DNA of 42,442 bases from Thermoproteota archaeon (GTDB lineage: Archaea > Korarchaeota > Korarchaeia > Korarchaeales > Korarchaeaceae). Position 1 is the first letter of the stretch. Each line of letters starts with the position of its first letter. The notes beneath the pieces were generated by a model that was given only the letters and a program-made list of their open reading frames with translations, did not search any database and had not been told where the DNA came from. A program made the translations under genes and the position numbers. Of the stretch, positions 19,324-28,737 are shown piece by piece. The stretch covers positions 1 to 42,442 of the forward strand of contig JAOZGP010000032.1 in the NCBI GenBank assembly GCA_027491735.1. Reading direction: 5' to 3'.

Positions 19324-21150
19324 CTATTTTACTGTAACACTTTTTGCTAGATTTCGCGGCTTATCCGGATCTCTGCTCAGTGAAACTGCCGTGTGATACG
19401 CTAACAACTGAAGTGGAACTACCTGAAGGAGTGGAGACAGCTCCTCCGGAAGTCCTCTCGGACCAACCTCAAGCTTAGTTGTGTATGGAAGCTCTGAGTC
19501 TTTAGTACAGACCAGAATTATGTATGCCCCTCTGGACTTCAGTTCCATGATGTTGCTCAGCATCACATCTTGAAGATCTTTCTTTATAGGAGATACAACA
19601 ACGGCATAAGTTCCTTTTGATATTAGAGCTAGAGGGCCATGCTTATACTCACCAGCCGGAAACCCCTCAGCATGTATGTAACTTATCTCCTTGAGTTTCA
19701 GTGCCCCCTCAAGGGCCGTTGGATAGTTTATCCCTCTACCCATGAAGTAGATGCTGCTCTCCTTTTTCAAGCTTGATGAGAGCTTTTTAGTCTCAATATT
19801 GCTGCTGATTGCGGCTGAAGAAAGGAGATTGGGTATCTTCTTAATCCATGACTTTATCTCATGGGTTCTCTCATCCGGCGACAAGTTCTCTGAGAGAGTG
19901 AGGAATGAGAGGAGTAAAGATAGAACCTCGGCTATGTATGTTTTAGTTGCAGCTACACCTATCTCTGGACCGGCGGATATGAAAAAGACTTCATCTGATT
20001 CCCTAGACAAGGTGCTGCCAGGGACGTTCACGTAAGATAACACCTTCACACCCTTCTCCCTGACCTTCCTGACTGGGGTTAGAACGTCTGCTGTCTCCCC
20101 TGACTGGCTCACAGCTATTACCAAATCGTCATCGTTGAGGGAGTTGTAGTTCCACTCGAGAAACTCAGAAGCAATGGAAACCTCTGAAGGATAACCGAGC
20201 AAATCATTCAGCAGGTATTTTCCTACCAGAGACGCATGATAGGATGTTCCAGCAGCTATAAACACGATTCTACCACCAGATCGGATAGTTCCCTCCAGAA
20301 GATCGGTCACGCGCCTCATGTAACTTTCGTAAGATGTTAGCAGCCTTCTGGCTACATCTCCCTGCTCAAATATCTCCTTGATCATGAAATGAGGAAATCT
20401 TCCCCTGTCGGCCATGGAGAGACCCCAGCTTACCTTGTTGATTTCTCTCCTAACCGGAGTCAGCTTTTTGTGAAGTTTCCATATCCGAACCCCGTCGGGG
20501 GTCAGGGCCGCTATCTCATCTTCGTGCAGATATATGAACTGGTTGGTGAAGCCGAGAAGAGCGGTTATGTCGGATGCACAGTAGTTCTCGAATTTTCCAA
20601 TGCCAACGATCAGAGGCATATGTCTTCTGGCGAGAAATATCCTGTTTTCCCCCTTTATCATGCAAGCAACAGCATACTCTCCTCTCAATCTTTTGATAGC
20701 GTTTATAAAGGCGTCTAGAGGTTCCATACCATTATCAAGAAAGAGCTCGACTAGATGGGGAATGACCTCGGTGTCAGTCTCAGTTCTGAAGATGTGTCCC
20801 TTGAGTTCCTCCTTCATTTGTCTGAAGTTATCTATTGTTCCGTTGTGGACAATCACGACGCGTCCAGAGCAGTCCGTTATTGGATGAGCATTCTCATCGC
20901 TGACTCTTCCATGTGTAGCCCATCTTGTGTGCCCTAGGCCTATCTTACCGGTAAGGCTCATTATTTCCGGATATCTGGAAACGAGCCTCTCTACTGTGCC
21001 TACAGACTTTCGTAGAAAGAGATCTCCGTTCTTAAAGACTGCCAGACCTACAGAGTCGTAACCTCTATACTCCAACAGTTTAAGTGCCTTTACCAGCTTT
21101 TCACCAACGGTAGTTGTATTAGAGGAGATAAGCCCAACTATGCCACACAA
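19324..21150 (-). CDS. glmS: Glutamine-fructose-6-phosphate transaminase
   Basis: N-terminal CGIVG, EYRGYDSVG, GHTRWATHG, SQSGETAD and the C-terminal PRNLAKSVTV. Confidence 0.98.
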   Translation of the reverse strand: MCGIVGLISSNTTTVGEKLVKALKLLEYRGYDSVGLAVFKNGDLFLRKSVGTVERLVSRYPEIMSLTGKIGLGHTRWATHGRVSDENAHPITDCSGRVVIVHNGTIDNFRQMKEELKGHIFRTETDTEVIPHLVELFLDNGMEPLDAFINAIKRLRGEYAVACMIKGENRIFLARRHMPLIVGIGKFENYCASDITALLGFTNQFIYLHEDEIAALTPDGVRIWKLHKKLTPVRREINKVSWGLSMADRGRFPHFMIKEIFEQGDVARRLLTSYESYMRRVTDLLEGTIRSGGRIVFIAAGTSYHASLVGKYLLNDLLGYPSEVSIASEFLEWNYNSLNDDDLVIAVSQSGETADVLTPVRKVREKGVKVLSYVNVPGSTLSRESDEVFFISAGPEIGVAATKTYIAEVLSLLLSFLTLSENLSPDERTHEIKSWIKKIPNLLSSAAISSNIETKKLSSSLKKESSIYFMGRGINYPTALEGALKLKEISYIHAEGFPAGEYKHGPLALISKGTYAVVVSPIKKDLQDVMLSNIMELKSRGAYIILVCTKDSELPYTTKLEVGPRGLPEELSPLLQVVPLQLLAYHTAVSLSRDPDKPRNLAKSVTVK

Positions 21151-21157
21151 GAGGGTG

Positions 21158-22462
21158 TCACCCTATTTCTGTAGCTTTTCTTCTCCATACGACAATTATA
21201 ACTGTTATTGTGAGAAGAATTGAAAGCATAGAAACCGAAAGTAGAACAAAGGTCTTTACCAGGTTCTCCTGACTTATCTTCCTCTTCAGAGAATTTAGGA
21301 GCTCTTGAGCTTTGTGGATCTTGTTTAAGTTCTGATAGTAGCTCTTATTGAGATCCAACGGAGTGTCAAAGGTTTTATTCATTTCTAGAACGGCACTCCT
21401 TATGTATTCCTTTATGGCGTTCACGTCCTTACCGCTCGCCCCTAAATACATGAGCTTTGTTAATGAGAAGTTCAGAAAGCTTATCTTGTAGAGTATGTCC
21501 TCCCTGAAACTGGAGATTACTCTAGAGGTCACCTTTTTAGATAAGTTAGTCGCTCTGCATGCATCATTGATTACCGAAGGATTTTCATTTTTGAGCTCCT
21601 GAGAGGCTCTATGAAGTAAGGACTCTGCTTCGCTTAGCATGCTCACAGTTTGATCGTCCACCGAGATTCCCAGTTGAAGGGCCAGATTATAGAACTGTTT
21701 TGATCTGTTAAGCTCTTGAGAGGCTTCCACTATGAATTCAAGAGCTTTTTCGTACGGAAATGATCTCTTAACAGTTACTACAATACTTCTCTCCATCCTA
21801 CCTGATCTATAGTCCAGAACCACACTTATATTCATCTTCCCCTCACGGTTGGCGAGTAAGTCCACTGAGAGGGATCCTGTGGTCTCATTGAGGAGTATGA
21901 TCTTCTGAAGCGATCTGTTGACCATCACATATATGGAGGGCGCGAAATCATCAGGCATGCCCAGGACCGAATAAGTGATGAGTATCCCCAAATGCCTGTT
22001 GACTTGAACCGTTGTGGCGTTGCTCGAGACGTTCAGTTCAGCTGCTATGTTGGGTTCGGAGACAGGAAGAAGATATTTACTCCCGATCAGACTCAACTTC
22101 CCGACATATCGTGGATCGTAAAATGCTGCCTGTGGATACACAGCGTACGCTGAGGGAGCCACCTTCGCCGATATCTTGAAGGTCACCGTGAAGGAGGCGT
22201 TATCGCTGGCGTTGACCACGACCCCAGGCTTCAGGCGCCTGCCAAAAGTACCCCAGGGAGTTAGTATGTAAACCTCCACAATGGTTATCTTGACAGGATT
22301 TTTGTTGACGAAAGTCACGTTGATTGAGCAGGGAAATCCTCGATAACATCTACTACTTCCTGAGATGAAGACCTCAGCGCTGATGTGGCCGCATGAGATG
22401 GTTGATGCGCTTACAAATAACAAAAGCATGAGAAGAAGTGTAAAAACTTGCTTGCCTTTCAT
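21158..22462 (-). CDS. Secreted protein with a C-terminal membrane anchor (hypothetical)
   Basis: Signal-peptide-like N-terminus, beta-rich region with many N-x-S/T sequons, helical region, then a C-terminal TM helix followed by RRK. Confidence 0.75.
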   Translation of the reverse strand: MKGKQVFTLLLMLLLFVSASTISCGHISAEVFISGSSRCYRGFPCSINVTFVNKNPVKITIVEVYILTPWGTFGRRLKPGVVVNASDNASFTVTFKISAKVAPSAYAVYPQAAFYDPRYVGKLSLIGSKYLLPVSEPNIAAELNVSSNATTVQVNRHLGILITYSVLGMPDDFAPSIYVMVNRSLQKIILLNETTGSLSVDLLANREGKMNISVVLDYRSGRMERSIVVTVKRSFPYEKALEFIVEASQELNRSKQFYNLALQLGISVDDQTVSMLSEAESLLHRASQELKNENPSVINDACRATNLSKKVTSRVISSFREDILYKISFLNFSLTKLMYLGASGKDVNAIKEYIRSAVLEMNKTFDTPLDLNKSYYQNLNKIHKAQELLNSLKRKISQENLVKTFVLLSVSMLSILLTITVIIVVWRRKATEIG

Positions 22463-22525
22463 AGGGCCCGCTTATATTCCCAGCATGTTTTTATAAACGA
22501 TTGCCGAACCGTATACCGGATACCT

Positions 22526-24538
22526 TTGTCGGGGACTCCCAGGAAACATCCTGTCGTCATGGGGGTCGACCTGAGATCTGGATCCCCTAGAGCAAAGAAA
22601 GGTGCTCGTTATTCAGTGTGCATAATAAGGCCAGATAAGAGAGTTGAGTTTGAGTCAGCAACACTCTATGATGTTGTGAAGCTCGCTAGGGAATTCAAAC
22701 CAGAAATCCTGGCTACGGACAACATATACGAGCTTGTTAAGGACGTGAAGGAGATATATCATCTCGTGTCTCGTCTGCCGAAGGATACTAGACTTGTGCA
22801 GGTGACCTTCTCTGGATCGAGATCTATGAGCCTGAAGGAGCTAGCTCGTGAGGAGGATATAGACCTCAACCCATTGGATCCCCTGGATGAGGCTAGGGCC
22901 ATAGCTGTTTTAGCCCTCAGAGGGTATGGTAAGGAGATCCTCAGCCTTAAGCCTGAGTGCAGAGTTGTTATCACCAGAAACAGGAGCATAAAGCAGGGGG
23001 GCTCTGGAAGAGAGCGCTGGATGAGGTCTATTGAGGCAGGGATCCTCGAAGAAACAAGGAGGGTCGAGAACCTTCTACAAGAGAAGGGAATAGACTATGA
23101 TCTCTATGCTGTTAGGTCTGTGGGCGGGTTGCGCAGAGCTGAGTTTATAGTTTATGAAGATTACCGTTCTGTTAAGACAAAACTCTCTGGAGAGCTCAGA
23201 GAGAACAACTGGACCCCTGTGAAGATAGCAGTTAAGCCGATATGGGAGAATCGGCTCAAATTCGTGAGCAAAAACATGAGCAGATTTGAAAGGGGGCTCA
23301 TAGTAGGTCTCGATCCCGGTCTCAACTTCGGTCTAGCGATCTTAGATCTGGAAGGCAGAGTGCTAGATCTTAGAACGCTGAGACGCGCGTCAAGATCAGA
23401 GATCATAGAGAGCATATTGGAGTATGGATATCCTCTTATCATAGCAACAGACGTTGATCCTCCTCCCAAGAACGTTGTGAAGATAGCTAAAATCCTAGGA
23501 GTTCGTGTAGAGGTGGCCAAAAGGGACATGAGGTCAAGCGAGAAGTTGGAGCTTGTCTCCAGTTTCTTGGAAAATTCGAGTGTTAGAGCGAAATCTGCTC
23601 ACGAAAGGGACTCTCTGGCAGCAGCGATCAAAGTGTACAAGAAGTTTAAACCTCTTCTCAGTAAAGCCCTGAGCAGATCAGCTGAGCTTGGTTTTAACGT
23701 TGATAAAGAGCTCTTATTTAGAGAGCTCTTGAAAGGAAAGAGTGTTGATGACGCTATAAAATCAGTGGTGTCAAGGAAAACCCCAAAGAAACCCAAAATG
23801 AAGGAGGCCGATAAATCAAAGGAGCAAAGAAGCGAAAAATCTCAGGAAGCTCTCCTCAAAAGGATTGAGGAGCTGGAACTCCTACTGGAACACTATAGGG
23901 AGGAGCTAAGAAAGAAGAATAGAGAGATCCTTGATCTCAGGGAGAGAATTTCCGTGCTTGAAGATAGGAGGTCATTAGAGATTGAGAAAGACAGAAGAAT
24001 AGCTATGAGAGATGAGAGAATAAAGGAGCTCACCAAAGTCCTGGAAGATCAGAGGAGAGAAATAGAGGAGCTAAGGAGGAAAGTGAACGAGGTGAAGGGC
24101 GGCAATGAGTCTGAGGACCTCAGAGACTGGGTTCCTCTAAAAGTTTTGAGTACTCTTTCCGTAAATGAGATGCAGAAACTAGCCCTTGAGGGGAGGATTG
24201 AGAGGGGAGACGTGATCCTCGTCAAGAACATAAGCGGTGCTGGTCTGAGGGCTGCTAGGATGCTCAAGGAGATGGGGGTTTTAGGTATTATTTATAGGTC
24301 CGGAAATCCCTCTCATGAGTTTCTCGAGGAGTTGAGAGGCTATGTGAGGGTGATAGACGGAAGGGATCTTGAGATTCGATGGAGAGGTCTGATTCCATAT
24401 GTTAAGGAGGAATGCATGTTTGATATAATCTCTCTAGACGAAGGAATCCTATTGGATGATTTCGAGAGCATATTAATGGAGATAGAGAACTACAGGAGCA
24501 AGCTTACTAGGACGATGAAGAGACGGTCCTCAGAGTAG
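22526..24538 (+). CDS. DUF460 / COG2433 protein (RNase H-like domain plus coiled coil)
   Basis: MGVD, ILATDNIYEL, IVGLDPG, IIATDV and HERDSLAAA, then a long coiled coil. Start moved to TTG 22526, downstream of a TATA at about 22490. Confidence 0.88.
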   Translation: MSGTPRKHPVVMGVDLRSGSPRAKKGARYSVCIIRPDKRVEFESATLYDVVKLAREFKPEILATDNIYELVKDVKEIYHLVSRLPKDTRLVQVTFSGSRSMSLKELAREEDIDLNPLDPLDEARAIAVLALRGYGKEILSLKPECRVVITRNRSIKQGGSGRERWMRSIEAGILEETRRVENLLQEKGIDYDLYAVRSVGGLRRAEFIVYEDYRSVKTKLSGELRENNWTPVKIAVKPIWENRLKFVSKNMSRFERGLIVGLDPGLNFGLAILDLEGRVLDLRTLRRASRSEIIESILEYGYPLIIATDVDPPPKNVVKIAKILGVRVEVAKRDMRSSEKLELVSSFLENSSVRAKSAHERDSLAAAIKVYKKFKPLLSKALSRSAELGFNVDKELLFRELLKGKSVDDAIKSVVSRKTPKKPKMKEADKSKEQRSEKSQEALLKRIEELELLLEHYREELRKKNREILDLRERISVLEDRRSLEIEKDRRIAMRDERIKELTKVLEDQRREIEELRRKVNEVKGGNESEDLRDWVPLKVLSTLSVNEMQKLALEGRIERGDVILVKNISGAGLRAARMLKEMGVLGIIYRSGNPSHEFLEELRGYVRVIDGRDLEIRWRGLIPYVKEECMFDIISLDEGILLDDFESILMEIENYRSKLTRTMKRRSSE

Positions 24539-24591
24539 TTTTAAATAAGGGAGAAACCCTCTAGACTTGAGCTAGGAGGGGGTGATATAGC

Positions 24592-24759
24592 TTGCCGAGA
24601 GGTACACATGGTGCGCTCAATAAGGCGGGTAAGGTCAGATCTCTTACTCCTAAGGTTGAGAGGAGTCCTAGAAGAAGCCCTGTTCCTCGGATCAGAGTAA
24701 GGAACAACTACAAGAAGAGATATGTCTTAGGTAGAAAGCCAGGACAGAACCCAACATGA
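24592..24759 (+). CDS. rps30e: 30S ribosomal protein S30e (not in the ORF track)
   Basis: Manual translation: MPRGTHGALNKAGKVRSLTPKVERSPRRSPVPRIRVRNNYKKRYVLGRKPGQNPT (55 aa). GGGGGTGA SD, TTG start. Confidence 0.95.
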   Translation: MPRGTHGALNKAGKVRSLTPKVERSPRRSPVPRIRVRNNYKKRYVLGRKPGQNPT

Positions 24760-24775
24760 ACTCCGGTGATCCCTT

Positions 24776-25921
24776 TTGAAGGCCTATTTTTCCATAACTC
24801 CATTGGGCGTCTGTCTGTTGGATTCCTCAGGTGAGATACTGGAGTTTTTTCCCTTTCCTCTAAACCCTGAGGAGATTTCTAGGAGATTCATGGCTTTACA
24901 TCAGGGAAAAGTCCCGAAAGAAGTACGGGATCTTCTGCAACGCTGGGAGAAATCTATACAGATCCTGTATGTCGAGTCATCGGATGTTAGAAGAGTGATA
25001 AGCTCCGAGTTCTCAAAGAAGGTTGTGTCTGCTCCAAATCTGGAGGTCTTCAGGAAGTTCAGAGCAGAAAAGGCGACCAAGCTTTCATCATTGATGGGAA
25101 TCAGTGAGAGAGATTACTACGACCTCTTGGTGAAAGCCTCCATAGAGCTCACGTCAAGCCTGATAAAAAAAGAGCTCTCGAGGAGGGATCTTTTAGTAAT
25201 AAAGGCTGTAGATTACTTGGATCACCTTAACAAAGCGTTGAATATATTGATTCCGGCTGTGAGAGAGTGGTATGGAATCTATTTCCCTGAGCTCAACGAG
25301 CTCGTTGAGGATCATGAGGTCTTCATAGAAGTGATAAACCTTGCGAGAAGAAGAGAGGAGCTCAGAAAGGAGGATCTAGTATCGTTAGGGGTATTGGAAA
25401 GCCTAGCTGACGTTATAGTGAGCGCCAGCAGGAGGTCCATGGGAGGCGATCTGGGAGAGCGTGATCTGGGAGTTCTCAGGGAGATCTCCTCTGTGGTGCT
25501 CTCACTGTACAACTCGAGAAAGATGGTGGAATCTTACATAGAGGAGTTGATGAGGGAGATAGCCCCCAACATGTCAGATGTAGTACATCCACTTGTAGGT
25601 GCCAGACTTGTAGCCTTAGCCGGGGGCTTGGATAAGCTAGCTAGGATGCCTGCTAGTACTATACAGGTTCTAGGAGCTCATAAAGCAATCTTCATGCACG
25701 TAACAAAGGGCACCAAGCCTCCCAAACACGGTATACTCTTTCAGGCCAAAGAGGTCAGGACCGCTCCTAAGAAGGTTAGAGGTAAGATCGCACGCTTGTT
25801 GGCAACAAAAATAGCCATAGCCGCCAAAATGGATGTCTTTGGCAGAGAGAGGGATCTAGGAAAAAGGCTTAGAGCTGAGATAGATGAGAAGATCTCCAAG
25901 ATAAGAGGGGAAGCTAAATGA
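24776..25921 (+). CDS. nop5: C/D box RNP protein Nop5 (Nop56/58)
   Basis: REWYGIYFPEL, APN, MPASTIQVLGA and PPKHGILFQ motifs. Confidence 0.96.
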   Translation: MKAYFSITPLGVCLLDSSGEILEFFPFPLNPEEISRRFMALHQGKVPKEVRDLLQRWEKSIQILYVESSDVRRVISSEFSKKVVSAPNLEVFRKFRAEKATKLSSLMGISERDYYDLLVKASIELTSSLIKKELSRRDLLVIKAVDYLDHLNKALNILIPAVREWYGIYFPELNELVEDHEVFIEVINLARRREELRKEDLVSLGVLESLADVIVSASRRSMGGDLGERDLGVLREISSVVLSLYNSRKMVESYIEELMREIAPNMSDVVHPLVGARLVALAGGLDKLARMPASTIQVLGAHKAIFMHVTKGTKPPKHGILFQAKEVRTAPKKVRGKIARLLATKIAIAAKMDVFGRERDLGKRLRAEIDEKISKIRGEAK

Positions 25922-26607
25922 GGATAGAGCCCCATGAGAAGTTTGAAGGTGTGTTCTGGATTGTTAGAAAAGGCAAAAGGGTGCCTCTAACGAAAAATCT
26001 GGTCCCAGGATTCAAGAGCTATGATGAGTCCGTAGTTAAATTCAAGGGAGAGGAATACAGAATCTGGGATCCATATAGATCTAAGCCTGCTGCAGCCATA
26101 GTTAAGGGACTCAGAACGTTTCCTATAAGGAGGGGAATCAAGATCCTCTACTTGGGAATAGCTTCCGGAACTACTGCATCACATTTCAGCGATATAGTGA
26201 GGAGAGAGGGAATCATATACGGGATCGAGGTAGCTCAGAGGGTTATGAGAGTTCTTCTCAATGTAGCTGCGACTAGGAGAAATATCGTTCCAATATTAGC
26301 ATCTGCCAGAGATCCGGAGAAGTACGCAAGACTCGTGGAGGAGGTTGATGTTGTTTACACTGATGTTTCTCAAAGAGACGAAGCGGAGATCCTGGTGAGG
26401 AACGCCGATATGTTCCTGAAGGATAGAGGTTTTGTTATTATCGCCATAAAGGCTAGCAGCATAGACGTTCGACTTCCCCCCAGGAAAGTCTACAATTTGG
26501 TTGAGAACGTGCTCAAGGAGAACGGCTACAATCCAATAGAGATGGTAGATCTCTCCCCTTTCGACCCTAAACATGCCATAATAGTCGCAAAAAAGAAGAA
26601 AAGGTAA
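25918..26607 (+). CDS. flpA: Fibrillarin rRNA/tRNA 2'-O-methyltransferase
   Basis: YRIWDPYRSK, LYLGIASGTTASH and IKASSID motifs. Confidence 0.97.
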   Translation: MRIEPHEKFEGVFWIVRKGKRVPLTKNLVPGFKSYDESVVKFKGEEYRIWDPYRSKPAAAIVKGLRTFPIRRGIKILYLGIASGTTASHFSDIVRREGIIYGIEVAQRVMRVLLNVAATRRNIVPILASARDPEKYARLVEEVDVVYTDVSQRDEAEILVRNADMFLKDRGFVIIAIKASSIDVRLPPRKVYNLVENVLKENGYNPIEMVDLSPFDPKHAIIVAKKKKR

Positions 26608-26620
26608 CGAGAGGAAGCTT

Positions 26621-27778
26621 ATGTCCCGAGAGGATGTTTTAAACATTAGATTCAGAGTATATAAGGAAGGAAGTGCTCTATTTTATGCTTCTGATCTTGA
26701 TGAGTTTTTTAGAATGGAAAAGTCCTGTACAAAGGCCTATCTGTTTTACAATCCTAGGATGAAAGTCAACAGAGATATCTCCGTAAGCGTGGCCAGAGTT
26801 GAAGAGAAAGGCGGCCCTTTCATTGATCTCATGGCTGCATCCGGTGTCCGTCCCTTGAGATGGATCCTAGAGGCAGAGGCTCAGGAGGTCTTTGCTAACG
26901 ACATAAACCCCCTAGCGGCCTACATGATGAGAAAATCTGCCTCCCTGAACAACGTCCGCATGAGGGTTTCCTGTGAAGAAGCCCGTTATCTCGCCAGAAA
27001 GTTACGCAGAGAAGGGATCCTGTTTAATTACGTTGATCTTGATCCCTTCGGCTCGCCAGTTCCTTTCCTCAAGGAATCACTGGCCTTAACCAAGGCTGGT
27101 GGGGTGCTCGCGGTGACATCCACTGACACGCCCACGATCTTCGGCATCAATCCCAGCAAGCTCAAAAGATATTACGGAATTTTGGGTGTAAGAACTCCCT
27201 TCTTCAGAGAGTTTGGAATAAGGGCACTCGTACAATCTGTCGTATCGACGGCTGCATCCTTGGATCTGGCTGCTAGGCCCCTCCTCGCATATACTCGTAT
27301 GCATTATGTTAGAGGTTATTTTAGGGTTGAGAAGGGCGCTCTTAGAGCAAGAAATTTGATCGATGAGGGGACTGGGTGGATCTCTTACTGCACAAGATGT
27401 GGGAGTTTCGAGTTGACCAAGGAAATCGAGGCTGCAGCTAGAAGATCCTGTTGTGGTGATGTCAGGGTTCTCGGACCCATTTGGATAGGAAATACGACGG
27501 ATCGGAAATATCTAGTGGATTGTGTTGAAAGAACGCCTTCAGCTGATGGAGCTGAGCTGCTTAAGAACCTCTTAAACGAGGTAGATGTCCCCTTATACTA
27601 CAATATTGATTGGATGTCAAGTAGGCTAGGGATGAGCCCTCCCAGGGTAAAGGATGTTATAGAGACCCTCAAGACTCTTGGATTTCAAGCTTCGAGAGCT
27701 CATGCCGACAGAAAGGCAATTAAAACGAATGCTGACCTTAGAACTTTAAGAAAAATTCTTCTTGAGCTTTCTAGATAG
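26621..27778 (+). CDS. trm1: tRNA (guanine-26-N2)-dimethyltransferase
   Basis: FYNPRMKVNRD, AASGVR, NDIN, DLDPFGSP and GPIWIG motifs. Confidence 0.93.
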   Translation: MSREDVLNIRFRVYKEGSALFYASDLDEFFRMEKSCTKAYLFYNPRMKVNRDISVSVARVEEKGGPFIDLMAASGVRPLRWILEAEAQEVFANDINPLAAYMMRKSASLNNVRMRVSCEEARYLARKLRREGILFNYVDLDPFGSPVPFLKESLALTKAGGVLAVTSTDTPTIFGINPSKLKRYYGILGVRTPFFREFGIRALVQSVVSTAASLDLAARPLLAYTRMHYVRGYFRVEKGALRARNLIDEGTGWISYCTRCGSFELTKEIEAAARRSCCGDVRVLGPIWIGNTTDRKYLVDCVERTPSADGAELLKNLLNEVDVPLYYNIDWMSSRLGMSPPRVKDVIETLKTLGFQASRAHADRKAIKTNADLRTLRKILLELSR

Positions 27779-28033
27779 AGCTCTCCATTCTCCCCTGGAT
27801 ACTGAATATATCTTCTTACCGATCAATTTTTGAGCTTCTTCTAACGGAATCACAGGCTTTACCAACAGGAAAGGAGAGTGAACGGGTCCAATGACATCCT
27901 TCACGATGCCTACAAACTTGCCGTCCTTAAGAAGAACCGGGGCCTCCTTCGGATCTCTTATCAAAGGCGCTTCCATCCTGAGGAGAAGCCTTCTGGACTT
28001 GGTAATCTTCTCTATTACTCCCAAGTACTTCAT
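27746..28033 (-). CDS. gar1: H/ACA RNP protein Gar1
   Basis: VGIVKDVIGPVHSPFLLVK; follows srp19. Confidence 0.88.
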   Translation of the reverse strand: MKYLGVIEKITKSRRLLLRMEAPLIRDPKEAPVLLKDGKFVGIVKDVIGPVHSPFLLVKPVIPLEEAQKLIGKKIYSVSRGEWRALSRKLKKNFS

Positions 28034-28326
28034 TTTCTGCCTCTCTCCCTAATTTTTCTTATTTCTGATGCAATTGCCTTTAACAGCTCTGTTTTTGGTT
28101 TGTCAGACGAGATGAGAACGCACCCTTCCCGATAGAACCACCTGGAGGGATGATCATCCTCCTCTGCAAGTACAGCCCTCAGGTTGAGGTTTTTGGCCGC
28201 TTGCAGTATCTCCTTTGCTCGGGGCTTCTTAAGAGCGAGATCCCTGGGTACTCTCCTTCCCTTTGACCTAGAGACACGGCTATCTAAGTAGAGAGGATAT
28301 ATCTTCTTGGGACGATTGGATCTCAA
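28030..28326 (-). CDS. srp19: Signal recognition particle protein SRP19
   Basis: IYPLYLDSRVSRSKGRRVP and HPSRW motifs. Confidence 0.93.
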   Translation of the reverse strand: MRSNRPKKIYPLYLDSRVSRSKGRRVPRDLALKKPRAKEILQAAKNLNLRAVLAEEDDHPSRWFYREGCVLISSDKPKTELLKAIASEIRKIRERGRK

Positions 28327-28727
28327 TTCGTTCCTTCTCCTTTCACCAGAACAGCGTTAAGGGTTCCATCCTGTCCTGGTCTTGAGGTCACCATGGCCAA
28401 GCCAAGCTCCGTTTTTATCAGCGTGCCCTTAGTTATTATTTTCCTTCGGGATAGCTTCACATCGGAGGGATTCTTGACAACGTCCAAGATCCTGACGTTT
28501 CTGACCTCTCCATTACTAAGAGATAAGTTGACTTTGTTGCACCTCAGGAGTCCCAGCTTTCTGTTTCCTCCCATAACTCTTCTAACCTTCACGAGCTGAG
28601 GACCTAGGACTGTGAAAGCAGGGTATCTTCCCAATTCCCTTTTCCTCTTTCCCCTCGTTTTCCTTAAGATGCCTCCTGTTGGCTTTCTACCTTTCAGAGC
28701 CACCGGGCCATGATAGTAATATGGCAT
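28323..28727 (-). CDS. rps8e: 30S ribosomal protein S8e
   Basis: RKPTGG, KRKRELGR and TSRPGQDGTLNA motifs. Confidence 0.97.
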   Translation of the reverse strand: MPYYYHGPVALKGRKPTGGILRKTRGKRKRELGRYPAFTVLGPQLVKVRRVMGGNRKLGLLRCNKVNLSLSNGEVRNVRILDVVKNPSDVKLSRRKIITKGTLIKTELGLAMVTSRPGQDGTLNAVLVKGEGTN

Positions 28728-28737
28728 TCCTGGAAGA

